Assembly: GCA_963815215.1 (NCBI GenBank)
Contig: CAWFFU010000010.1
Span: 224,001-288,000 of the forward strand
DNA length: 64,000 bases
DNA from: an uncultured Trueperaceae bacterium
Lineage (GTDB): Bacteria > Deinococcota > Deinococci > Deinococcales > Trueperaceae
Direction of reading: 5' to 3'
In this document: positions 17,683 to 28,659 of the stretch, in pieces
Position numbering within the stretch: position 1 is the first letter of the stretch
Layout: every line of letters starts with the position of its first letter
The notes under the pieces: model-generated
Told to the model about the DNA's origin: nothing
The model's database searches: none
What the model saw: only the letters and a program-made list of their open reading frames with translations
Translations under genes and position numbers: made by a program

Positions 17683-20600
17683 TCACGGCCAGGGAGCGCC
17701 GTCGACGGCCGCCGCGATCTCACGGTTGAACTCCATAGCCAGGAACGCAGCGTGCGCGGGCGCGTCGTCGATCGCCTCGGCCATCGTGCGCAGGCGCTCG
17801 CCGGCGCGTCGCGCCAGCGCCCGCGCGGCCGCCTCCTCGCCCTGGGCGTGACGGACGCGCGCCGCGACCCACGCGACCTGTTGCGGGTGGAGCAGCTCGT
17901 CGTCGCGCTTCTCCAGCAGCTCCAGGAGCTCGTCGGCAGCGGCCGACGCCTGCTCCAGGTGACCCTCCCCGAGGTAGGCCAGCGCAAGCTCGCACAGCGC
18001 GTTGGCGGAGCTCGCGTCACGTCCCAGGCGCCGCTCGATGGCCAGCGCCTGGCACAGGTGCTCGATGGCGTCGGCGCGTGCCCCCAGGTGGCGCTCGGCG
18101 TCGCCGAGATTGCTGAGGGCGGAGGCCGCCAGCAGATCGTTGCCGGACTCCCGCGCCAGCGCCAGTGCGCGCAGCGCCGCGCGGCGTGCGTCCTCGTGGC
18201 GGTGCCCGTATAGCAGAGCCGATGAGCCGTTCAGCACGCACAGCGTCTCGCCACGTCGGTCGCCGAGCCGCGCGAACAAGCGCTCGGCGCGCTCCAGTCG
18301 CTCGGCCGCGGCGGCGTGATCGCCCAGCCGCAGGTCGAGCACGCCGCGGTTGAGCGAGACCGCGGCCAGGCCCTGGGGCCTCTCGAGTTCCCGGTAGAGT
18401 CTCTCGGCGACGCGGTAGTGCGCCTTCGCCTCCGCCAGGCGCGTCAGGCGGGCGGCGCTCACCGCGCGGTACTGGTGGGCGTCGGCCTCCAGGCTGCGGT
18501 CGCCTGTGTCGAGGGCGAGACGGAGCATGCGGGCGGCGAGGTCGAAAGCGTCCTCATAGGCTTCCTCGCCGATGGCGGCCTGCAGGGCGGCGCGCACGGC
18601 CTCCGCCACGAGCTCGGGCTCGTCGGCTGCGCCTGCCTGCTGGGCCGCGTCGAGCCGCTGCCGGACCTGTTCGGGCCGGCCGGCCGCGAGCGCTACGTGG
18701 ACCCCGAGACAGGCTGTGGCGAGGCTCAGGCGCCGGTCGTGGACCCGCTCGGCCAGCGCCGTGGCTTCGCTCAGGCGCTGTTCGGCGGCCGATGGGTTGC
18801 CCAGTGCCAGATCGTAGCGGGCGCGCAGCAGCGCCGAGCGCGCCAGCCACGCTGGACGGCCGTCGGCGGTTGCGCGGTGCGCCAGGCGCTCCAGGACCTC
18901 CGCTTCGGCGGCGCGTTGGCCCAACTCGCGCAGCAGCGCTACCCGCCGGTCATCGGCATCGAAGGACGCCTGTTCGTCGCCAAGCGCTTCTGCCAGGGCG
19001 CTCATGGCGTCGAGCTGGAGGCGCTGCTGCTCGCGGTCCCCGCGCCGGCGTGCGGCGTCCTCGGCCAGCCGGTGCAGCTCGATGCGCAGCCGCGGATCGT
19101 GCGCCAGCGTCAACGACCAGGAGGCCAGGCTGCGCGCCTCTTCGCCGGCGCCCGCCTCCAGAGCCTCGCGGGCCGCCCGTAGCCCGTGCCGGGCGGCCCG
19201 ATCGGGCTCACCCCCGCGGTCGAAGTGCCTGGCCAGCGTGGCGGCGCTCGCGTCCGACGTGCCGGCGCGCTCCAGCGCCTGCGCGGCGCGGCGATGGTAG
19301 CGGGCGCGGGCCGAGGGGTCGACGCTCCGGTAGATGGCCTCGCGCATGAGCTGATGGCCGAAGGTGAAGGAACCGGCGCGCCGTTCGCGCACCAGGCGGG
19401 CGTCGAGCAAGAGGTCCAGGGCGTCGAGGGTCTCGCGCTCGTTCCAGGCCAGTACGTCGCGCACCGTTTCGAGGCGGAAGCTCTCGCCCACCACGGCCGC
19501 CGCCCCCGCGAAGGTGCGCGCTTCGGGGGCGAGGCGCTCCAGGCGCGCGGTGACCCGGCGGCGCACGCCGTCTGGGACCACTTCCGACCAGCCCGATCCG
19601 GTGCGCGGCTGCATCGGGGCGCCGGGCGCGGCGGTGGCGTCGTCTCCGCCGGTGTCGGCGGCCGCCTCGTGGAGCAGCTCCGAGATCAGCAGCGGATTGC
19701 CGGCGCTGGCTGCTTCCAGCGCCGCCACCACCTCGGGCGCGACCGGCGCCGGCTCGAGCCGCGCCAGGAGTGTCGCGATGACCGCCGTGTCGAGCCCGGC
19801 GAGCGCGATCGCATCGAGGGAGCCGGCCTCCTCCAGCCGGCGTCGCAGGGCGCGCAGCGGATGGTCCGGTCCGAGGTGATCGTCGCGGTAGGTCGCGACG
19901 ATCAACAGCGGGGCGCCACCGGCGCGCCGCGCGAGGTGCTCGAGCAGGGCCGTGCTCGCTTCACCGGCGCCGTGCAGATCCTCCAGCACCAGCAGTAGGG
20001 GACGTGTGCCCGCCAGGTCGAGCAGCGCACGGCCGACGGCATGGAAGAGGCGGGCGCGCTCCCGGTCGGGCGGCAGCTCCGGGAGCGGCGGTCCGGCAGG
20101 CGACGCCGGTGCCGCTGCCGGCAGCGCCCAGGCGAGCACCCGTCGCCACGGAGCGCTCCTGTCGCCGGCGCTGACCAACAGGTCGAAGACCGGACGCAGC
20201 GCCTCGGCTATCGCCTGGTACGGGCTCGCCTCCGGCTCGGAAGTGCCCCCCACCAGGACCCTGCCTTCGTCCGTCTCCGCCCGCTGCGCGAGCCGCCGTA
20301 GCAGCCTGCTCTTGCCGATCCCGGCGGGCCCTGCCAGCAGCACCAGGCCGCCGCGGCCGGCACGGGCGCGGTCCCAGCGTTCGCTCAGCGCCGCGAGCTC
20401 GCGCGCGCGTCCGGCGAAGGGGAGTAGCGGCGGAGCGCCGGCGCGGGCGGGTGGCGCCGCGCGTGGTGGGTCCAGCTCGCGCACCAGCGCCTCGAACAGC
20501 GCGCGCGTCTGCTCCATGGGCTCCACGCGGAGCTCGTTGGCCAGCAGCTCGGAGAACCGTTCGTAGACGGCCAGCGCCCCCGCCCGGTCGCCGGCCCCGT

Positions 20601-21177
20601 GACGGACGCGCATCGCCAGCCGCACGGCGTCCTCGCGCAGGGGATCCTCCCGGAGCAGCCGGTCCAGCACCGCCAGCGCTTCCGGACCGCGGCCGGTCTC
20701 GAGGTGGCGTTCGGCCAGCTCCAGCAGCACGCCGAGCAGCACGGCACGCAGGCGTTCGCGTTCGACGAGCAGCCACTCGTCGTCGTGGCCCACCAGGAGA
20801 TGTCCGGTGTAGAGGGCGGCGGCGCGCTCGACGTCTCCGCGGGCGGCCGCCTTTTCGAACGCGCATGCGTCGACCCACAGGTCGGCGTCGCGGTCGAGTC
20901 CGACGCGGGAGCCGTCGGTGAGCACCCACGTGCCGGCTTCAGGATCGGGCAGCGCCTGCTTGAGGTAGTGGAGGTGCCGTCGGAGGTTGGTGCGCGCCTC
21001 GTCGGGGTCGCTGTCGGGCCACAGCGCCTCGGCGACCGTGCGCCGGTCCTGCGGCGTCGGGTGCAGCGCCAGGTAGGCCAGCAACGGACCGGTGCGGGGG
21101 GGAGCGGAGAGTGGGAGGGGCCGGTTGTCGACAGCGACCCTGAGCGGGCCGAACAGATACACCCGTATCCTTCCCAC
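17683..21177 (-). CDS. SARP/AfsR-like regulator: wHTH + BTAD + STAND/AAA ATPase + TPR repeats
   Basis: RVYLFGPLRV, ALWPDSD...ARTNLRRHLH, WVDACAFE, DPLREDA; Walker A GPAGIGKS; Walker B LVLEDLH; GNPL; TPR-like C-terminus; start re-set to GTG 21177 (GGAGG). Confidence 0.92.
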   Translation of the reverse strand: MGRIRVYLFGPLRVAVDNRPLPLSAPPRTGPLLAYLALHPTPQDRRTVAEALWPDSDPDEARTNLRRHLHYLKQALPDPEAGTWVLTDGSRVGLDRDADLWVDACAFEKAAARGDVERAAALYTGHLLVGHDDEWLLVERERLRAVLLGVLLELAERHLETGRGPEALAVLDRLLREDPLREDAVRLAMRVRHGAGDRAGALAVYERFSELLANELRVEPMEQTRALFEALVRELDPPRAAPPARAGAPPLLPFAGRARELAALSERWDRARAGRGGLVLLAGPAGIGKSRLLRRLAQRAETDEGRVLVGGTSEPEASPYQAIAEALRPVFDLLVSAGDRSAPWRRVLAWALPAAAPASPAGPPLPELPPDRERARLFHAVGRALLDLAGTRPLLLVLEDLHGAGEASTALLEHLARRAGGAPLLIVATYRDDHLGPDHPLRALRRRLEEAGSLDAIALAGLDTAVIATLLARLEPAPVAPEVVAALEAASAGNPLLISELLHEAAADTGGDDATAAPGAPMQPRTGSGWSEVVPDGVRRRVTARLERLAPEARTFAGAAAVVGESFRLETVRDVLAWNERETLDALDLLLDARLVRERRAGSFTFGHQLMREAIYRSVDPSARARYHRRAAQALERAGTSDASAATLARHFDRGGEPDRAARHGLRAAREALEAGAGEEARSLASWSLTLAHDPRLRIELHRLAEDAARRRGDREQQRLQLDAMSALAEALGDEQASFDADDRRVALLRELGQRAAEAEVLERLAHRATADGRPAWLARSALLRARYDLALGNPSAAEQRLSEATALAERVHDRRLSLATACLGVHVALAAGRPEQVRQRLDAAQQAGAADEPELVAEAVRAALQAAIGEEAYEDAFDLAARMLRLALDTGDRSLEADAHQYRAVSAARLTRLAEAKAHYRVAERLYRELERPQGLAAVSLNRGVLDLRLGDHAAAAERLERAERLFARLGDRRGETLCVLNGSSALLYGHRHEDARRAALRALALARESGNDLLAASALSNLGDAERHLGARADAIEHLCQALAIERRLGRDASSANALCELALAYLGEGHLEQASAAADELLELLEKRDDELLHPQQVAWVAARVRHAQGEEAAARALARRAGERLRTMAEAIDDAPAHAAFLAMEFNREIAAAVDGAPWP

Positions 21178-21276
21178 CCCCCTCCGATGTGGATGGCGAC
21201 ACCCTAGCACCGCCGCGTGCAGCACGGCGGGGCGGATGTCGCATCGGTTCGGAGGGCGCTCAGGCGGGCGGGTGGG

Positions 21277-21600
21277 TCAGTTCTTGGAAGGGTGGGCGCG
21301 CTCGAGCAGCATCGCCACCGACACCGGCTCGCGCGGCTGGAGCCCGTCGATGAGGCCGTCACGGGCGACGAAGGCGGCCACCTTCTCGTACGCCTGCTGC
21401 GCTTCCTCGGCGCTCTCGCTGTCGAACAGCACGGCCTCGCGGCCTGACGGCAGGACGGCGACCAGCTCCAGGTAGTCGGGCTCGAGCGCGTCGTCCTCGA
21501 CGCCGTCGAGATCGGTGCCTTCGGGGAAGACCTCCAGCAACTCGATGCTCTCCACCAGCGCGAGGTTGATGAGCTTGGCGTCCAGCGTCCACATCCACAC
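21277..21600 (-). CDS. acidic hypothetical protein
   Basis: AAGGAG RBS before GTG 21600; coherent globular-looking 107-aa sequence. Confidence 0.7.
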   Translation of the reverse strand: MWMWTLDAKLINLALVESIELLEVFPEGTDLDGVEDDALEPDYLELVAVLPSGREAVLFDSESAEEAQQAYEKVAAFVARDGLIDGLQPREPVSVAMLLERAHPSKN

Positions 21601-21721
21601 GGTTCCGTCTCCTTGGGCCGCCGCCGGGCCACGGCCGACGCGGATCATCCGCGAGCCGTTGCGGCGCGTCCGCGCCAGAGCATAGCGCACCGCAGGGAAG
21701 CTCCGCACGGGGCAGGCGCTC

Positions 21722-22543
21722 TCACGAGATCGGTCCCAGCCGCTCGATCTCCAGGGCGCGCCCGCCGCGCACCCGCACCAGCACCGCGCCGAGCTCCGCC
21801 GGTCCCTGCGCGAAGCCGCCGCGCCCGCGCACCGGACGGCGGTGCCGAAGGGCGTCCACGAAGACCTCCGGAGCGTAGCCCTGCATGCCGCCGCTCGGCC
21901 CCGTCATGCCGACGTCGCTGACGAAGGCGGTGCCGCCCGGCAGGACCCGCTCGTCACGCGTGGCCACGTGCGTGTGCGTGCCCAGCACGGCGGCGACCCG
22001 CCCGGCCACCGACCAGGCGAAGATCTGCTTCTCGCTGACCGACTCGCCGTGGAAGTCGACCAGCACAACGTCGACCGGGTCCTCGCTCCAGCGCTCGAGC
22101 AGCCGCACGAGCGCCTCGAAGGGGGGCCCGACCCCGGGCATGGCGGTCGCGCTGAGCAGGCTGACCACGCCCAGCCGGATCCCCGCGCGTTGAACGACCA
22201 CCGCGCCGCGCCCGGGCGCCTCGCCGGCGACGTTGAGCGGCCGCGCCACCTCGGGCTCGGCCAGGGCCGCCACCGTCTCGGCGCTGTCCCAGGAGTGGTT
22301 GCCGCCGGTGATGGCGTCGACACCGAGGGCGCGCAGGCGCTCCACGTCGTGCCGCGTCATGCCGGCGCCCGCCACCGGGTTCTCCCCCGTGAGCGAGGCG
22401 TTCTCGGCGTTGGCGACCACGAAGTCGGGGTGCAGCCGGCACCGCAGATCGGGGAGCATCTCGGCCAGCAGATCGAGGCCGGCGTCACCGACGATATCGC
22501 CGATGAACAGCAGGCGGGTGTCGCGTTCGGCGGGTACGGCCAT
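21722..22543 (-). CDS. ymdB: YmdB-family metallophosphoesterase
   Basis: LFIGDIVG, ANAENA, TGGNHSWD, DFHGESVSEK, GTHTHV, SDVGMTG. Confidence 0.9.
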   Translation of the reverse strand: MAVPAERDTRLLFIGDIVGDAGLDLLAEMLPDLRCRLHPDFVVANAENASLTGENPVAGAGMTRHDVERLRALGVDAITGGNHSWDSAETVAALAEPEVARPLNVAGEAPGRGAVVVQRAGIRLGVVSLLSATAMPGVGPPFEALVRLLERWSEDPVDVVLVDFHGESVSEKQIFAWSVAGRVAAVLGTHTHVATRDERVLPGGTAFVSDVGMTGPSGGMQGYAPEVFVDALRHRRPVRGRGGFAQGPAELGAVLVRVRGGRALEIERLGPIS

Positions 22544-22615
22544 GCTCGAGGCCAGTGTCGCACGTCCCGACGCGTAAGAGTTTCGTGAACGCCGGCTCCT
22601 TACACTCCGGACACG

Positions 22616-24325
22616 ATGCGACGCCTGCTCTTCCTGGTCGCTCCCCCGATCTTCTGGTGTGCCTACGTGGTGGATTTCCCGTTTCTCTACGGCCACTTCG
22701 GTGACCACACGCGGCTGGTGGGGCTGATGCTGGTCGGGGTCACCGCATGGCTGTGGGGGACCCCCGGCGGACTGCTCAACGGCCTCATCGGGTTGGTGTT
22801 GAGCGAGGGCCTGGTGTCGGTGATGCACGGCGGCGCCTTCAACCTGCCCTCGATCACGGGCAACGACGACCTGTTCAAGGCGCTCGCCTTCGGCGGGGCG
22901 GGCCTGGGCTTCGGCTTCCTGCGCAGTGCACGCGACCAGATAGCGCACCATCGCAGCACCTTCGAGCTGGCTCAGCTCGACCCGTTGACCGGCCTGCTCA
23001 ACCGGGCGGGCTTCCAGGAGAAGCTCACCGAGGTGCTGGACGAGGCCCGCGAGGAAGGCACCCTGGTGGCCTTCCTGTTCGTCGACCTCGACCGCTTCAA
23101 GTTCGTCAACGACACCTACGGCCACGAGGTCGGGGACGCGCTCCTCATGGAGGTCGGCCGGGCGCTCCGCGACAACGTGCGCGAGGTGGACCTGGTGGGG
23201 CGGCTCGGTGGGGACGAGTTCACCGTGGCCCTGCTCCACCTCCACGACGCCAAGGACGCCAGCCTGGTAGCGCGCAACCTGGTGCGCGTGCTGAGCGCGC
23301 CGTTGTCGATCGACGACCGCGAGCTGCGCATCTCCGCCAGCGTCGGCGTCAGCCTCTTCCCGCGCGACGGCGACACCGTCGAGGCGCTGACCCGAAGCGC
23401 CGACACGGCCATGTATGAGGTCAAGGACGGCGGCAAGAACTCCTTCCACTTCTCCTCGATCGAGATGCGTACGCGCGTCAGCCGCAGGCTCGAGCTGGAG
23501 CGCGAGCTGCGCGACGCCATCACCAACCAGGAGTTCGAGCTGGTCTACCAGCCGCAGGTGGAGCTGGAATCGGGTCGGCTGGTGGCGTTCGAGGCGCTCT
23601 TACGTTGGACCAACCCGCAACTCGGCCGGGTCTCGCCCGGCGAGTTCATCCCGGTCGCGGAAGAGGCGGGTTCCATCGGCAAGCTCGGTCACTGGATCCT
23701 GCGCGAGGCCTGCTTCCAGTCGCGGGCCTGGCAGAAGGCGGGCCTGAGGCCGGTACGCATGGCGGTGAACGTGTCCACGCTGCAGTTCCGCCAATTCGGC
23801 TTCCTCGCCACCATCCAGGGCGCCCTGGCCGACAGCGGCATCGACCCGTCGCTCCTCGAGATCGAGATCACCGAGAGCGTGCTCGCCAAGGAGTACGAGC
23901 TGGCCATGAACACCGTCACGCGGCTCGGGCGCATGGGGGTCCGCACGGCGCTCGACGATTTCGGCACCGGGTACTCGTCGCTGGCGTACCTGCAGCACCT
24001 GCCCATCGCCAGCCTGAAGATCGACCAGTCGTTCGTGATGGCGCTCCACAACGGTCCCGGGATCGATCACGTCAGCGCCGCCCCGATCGTCGAGGCGATC
24101 GTTGCGATGGCCCACAAGCTGCGCAAGAAGATCGTCGCGGAGGGAGTCGAGACCGACGCCCAACGCCGCTTCCTGCTGAAGCTCGGGGTGGACTACGCCC
24201 AGGGTTTCCACTTCGCCAAGCCCCTGACGCGGCAGCGCGCCGAGCGCCTCCTCGAACGCAACGAGCGCGACCGCGTGCCGATCTTAGACGCCCAGGACGC
24301 CACCCCCCTGTTGCTGCTCGATTGA
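22616..24325 (+). CDS. membrane-anchored GGDEF-EAL diguanylate cyclase/phosphodiesterase
   Basis: N-terminal TMs; DPLTGLLNR, RLGGDEF; FEALLRW, DDFGTGYSS, KIDQSF, AEGVET. Confidence 0.95.
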   Translation: MRRLLFLVAPPIFWCAYVVDFPFLYGHFGDHTRLVGLMLVGVTAWLWGTPGGLLNGLIGLVLSEGLVSVMHGGAFNLPSITGNDDLFKALAFGGAGLGFGFLRSARDQIAHHRSTFELAQLDPLTGLLNRAGFQEKLTEVLDEAREEGTLVAFLFVDLDRFKFVNDTYGHEVGDALLMEVGRALRDNVREVDLVGRLGGDEFTVALLHLHDAKDASLVARNLVRVLSAPLSIDDRELRISASVGVSLFPRDGDTVEALTRSADTAMYEVKDGGKNSFHFSSIEMRTRVSRRLELERELRDAITNQEFELVYQPQVELESGRLVAFEALLRWTNPQLGRVSPGEFIPVAEEAGSIGKLGHWILREACFQSRAWQKAGLRPVRMAVNVSTLQFRQFGFLATIQGALADSGIDPSLLEIEITESVLAKEYELAMNTVTRLGRMGVRTALDDFGTGYSSLAYLQHLPIASLKIDQSFVMALHNGPGIDHVSAAPIVEAIVAMAHKLRKKIVAEGVETDAQRRFLLKLGVDYAQGFHFAKPLTRQRAERLLERNERDRVPILDAQDATPLLLLD

Positions 24326-24409
24326 GGCCGAACGGAATCCGGTCGCGCACACTCGGTAGGATGGGACGCGGGTGCCGTCGGGCGGCGCTCCGCGAAAGGC
24401 AGGCGCACC

Positions 24410-25861
24410 ATGACCGACCAAGCTGCCGATATCGGCCTCATCGGCCTCGCCGTGATGGGGCAGAACCTCGTCCTCAACATGGAGGAGCACGGGTTCCGCG
24501 TGGCCGTGTACAACCGCACGCAACAGAAGACCGAAGCCTTCCTGGCGGGCCCCGCCCGCGGTCGCGCCATCCGCGGCGCGGGCAGCCTGGAGGCGCTGGT
24601 GGGCGCCCTCGAGCGGCCGCGCCGCGTCATGTTGATGGTGCAGGCGGGTCGCGCGGTGGACGCCGTGCTCGACGAGCTGGTCCCCTTGCTGGAGGAGGGC
24701 GACATCGTCATCGACGGCGGTAACTCCTTCTTCGAGGACACCATCCGTCGAGAGCGCGCGCTGCGCGAGCGGGGGCTGCACTACCTCGGCGCCGGCGTGT
24801 CCGGCGGCGAGGAGGGCGCCCGGCACGGCCCCTCGATCATGCCGGGCGGCCCTGCCGCGGCATGGGAGCCGGTGCGGCCCATCCTGCAGGCCATCGCCGC
24901 GCAGGTCGACGGCGAGCCCTGCTGCGACTGGCTGGGCGAGGACGGCGCCGGCCACTTCGTGAAGATGGTGCATAACGGCATCGAGTACGGCGACATGCAG
25001 CTCATCGCCGAGGCGTACGACCTGCTCCGGCACGGTGTCGGGCTGACACCTGCGGAGCTTCAGAAGGTGTTCGCGGGCTGGAACGAGGGCGACCTCGACT
25101 CCTACCTCATCGAGATCACCCGCGACATCCTGGGGACGTACGATGACGACGGGAAACTCGTTCTCGACGTCATCCTCGACGCGGCTGGGCAGAAGGGCAC
25201 CGGCCGCTGGACGGCGGTGACCGCACTGCACCAGGGGATCCCGGTGACGCTGGTCACCGAAGCGGTGTTCGCACGCTCGCTGTCGGCGCTGAAGGAGGAG
25301 CGGGTGGCGGCCGCCGAGCACCTGAGCGGGCCGGACGCGCGCTTCGAGGGGGATCGCGAGGCGTTCGTGGAGGACGTGGGCCGCGCGCTCTACGCGGCCA
25401 AGATCGCCAGCTACGCGCAGGGCTTCATGCTGCTCTCCGCCGCCGCCGCGGAGCACGGCTGGACGCTCGATCTGGGCAAGGTCGCGATGCTGTGGCGGGG
25501 CGGCTGCATCATCCGTTCCCGCTTCCTGCGCGACATCCGCGACGCCTACGCCGACGACCCGGCGCTCTCCAACCTGCTGCTCGCTCCCTACTTCCGCGAC
25601 GCCGTGGTCGGTGCTCAGGACGCCTGGAGGCGCGTGGTGGCACAGGGCGTTGCGCTGGGTATCGCGATGCCGGCGTTCTCGGCGGCGCTCGCGTTCTACG
25701 ACGGCTACCGGCGCGGCCGGCTGCCCGCCAACCTGATCCAGGCGCAGCGCGACTACTTCGGGGCGCATACCTTCGAGCGCGTCGACCGGCCGCGCGGCGA
25801 GTACACTCACTTCGACTGGACCGGGCACGGCATCGCCACCTCGGGGAGCTACCAGGCGTGA
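24410..25861 (+). CDS. gnd: 6-phosphogluconate dehydrogenase (NADP, decarboxylating)
   Basis: IGLAVMG, SGGEEGA, VKMVHNGIEYGDMQ, QAQRDYFGAH. Confidence 0.97.
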   Translation: MTDQAADIGLIGLAVMGQNLVLNMEEHGFRVAVYNRTQQKTEAFLAGPARGRAIRGAGSLEALVGALERPRRVMLMVQAGRAVDAVLDELVPLLEEGDIVIDGGNSFFEDTIRRERALRERGLHYLGAGVSGGEEGARHGPSIMPGGPAAAWEPVRPILQAIAAQVDGEPCCDWLGEDGAGHFVKMVHNGIEYGDMQLIAEAYDLLRHGVGLTPAELQKVFAGWNEGDLDSYLIEITRDILGTYDDDGKLVLDVILDAAGQKGTGRWTAVTALHQGIPVTLVTEAVFARSLSALKEERVAAAEHLSGPDARFEGDREAFVEDVGRALYAAKIASYAQGFMLLSAAAAEHGWTLDLGKVAMLWRGGCIIRSRFLRDIRDAYADDPALSNLLLAPYFRDAVVGAQDAWRRVVAQGVALGIAMPAFSAALAFYDGYRRGRLPANLIQAQRDYFGAHTFERVDRPRGEYTHFDWTGHGIATSGSYQA

Positions 25862-25993
25862 GGGTCCGCGCCCTGCGTGGGGCGCGTCGTCCGGCGTAGG
25901 AAGAACGTGCGGGGGGGCGTGCTACACTAGCTCCTTGCGGGTCGCGCGCCATGCCGCGCGCGGGGGCGCAGCCGGCGTTCCGGATGACCGGTC

Positions 25994-26057
25994 CCAGGAC
26001 ACTTACCAGGTCATCACCTACCAGGACACCACCTACCAGGACACCACCTACCAGGAC
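25994..26057 (+). repeat. tandem repeat, 15-bp unit CCAGGACACCACCTA, in the sigA leader
   Basis: CCAGG cores at 25994, 26006, 26021, 26036 and 26051. Confidence 0.85.
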
Positions 26058-26073
26058 CAAACGGGGAGGGACG

Positions 26074-27834
<1,761 letters not shown>

Positions 27835-27851
27835 CGCGCGTCGCGCGCTGC

Positions 27852-27887
27852 GCGAAGGGCCCCGGTCGATCGACCGGGGCCCTTCGC
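27852..27887. terminator. perfect 36-bp palindrome between convergent sigA and dedA
   Basis: gcgaagggccccggtcga|tcgaccggggcccttcgc. Confidence 0.7.
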
Positions 27888-27907
27888 ATGCTTGACGTCG
27901 CCCTAGG

Positions 27908-28504
27908 TCACGAGCGCACGTGTCGGTAGACGTACCAGCCCGCAGCGGCCACGATCAGCGCGACGATGACCACGTCGAACCGGTGGAACCAGCCACCGAT
28001 CGCGTGCCAGTGCTCCCCCAGGACCTCGCCGATCCAGGCGAGCCCGAGCGACCACACGAACGAGCCGATGAACGTGTAGGCGTTGAAGCGCCACAGGTTC
28101 ATGCGGGTCATGCCGCCCGGGAAACCGATGTAGGTGCGCACCACGGGGAGCACCCGGCCGACCAGGACGGTGAGGTCACCGTGCCGCTCGAACCAGCGGT
28201 CCGCGCGATCCAGGTCATTCATCGAGACCAGCACGTACGGTCCGTAGCGCTCCAGCAGGGGCCGGCCGCCCCACGCGCCCAGGGCGTAGGCGACCATCGA
28301 GCCCACCACCGACCCCGTGGCGCCGGCCAGCGCCACGAGCCACACGGAGAAGCGGCCGGTAGCAACGAGGTACCCGGAGAACGGCAGGATCACCTCGGAA
28401 GGGAGCGGGATGCAGGCGCTCTCGATGGCCATGAGCCCCGCGACGCCGAGGTAGCCGAGGCTGGAGATGGTGTGGGTGATGAAGGATGCGATGTTCGCGA
28501 GCAT
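27908..28504 (-). CDS. DedA family membrane protein
   Basis: IESACIPLPSEVILPFSG, GRVLPVVRTYI. Confidence 0.93.
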   Translation of the reverse strand: MLANIASFITHTISSLGYLGVAGLMAIESACIPLPSEVILPFSGYLVATGRFSVWLVALAGATGSVVGSMVAYALGAWGGRPLLERYGPYVLVSMNDLDRADRWFERHGDLTVLVGRVLPVVRTYIGFPGGMTRMNLWRFNAYTFIGSFVWSLGLAWIGEVLGEHWHAIGGWFHRFDVVIVALIVAAAGWYVYRHVRS

Positions 28505-28659
28505 GGTCGACTCGACTCCTTGAAGCCGGCGGCGTCCCGTTGCCGGGCCGCCGGCGGGGGCTCGAGGCGACGCCCGCGGGCGAGGATACCCGGTTCCGGG
28601 CGCCGGGTCGGTGCCGCCGAAGCCCGAGCCGGTAGACTGAGCGGGATGCAGTCCGAGGG

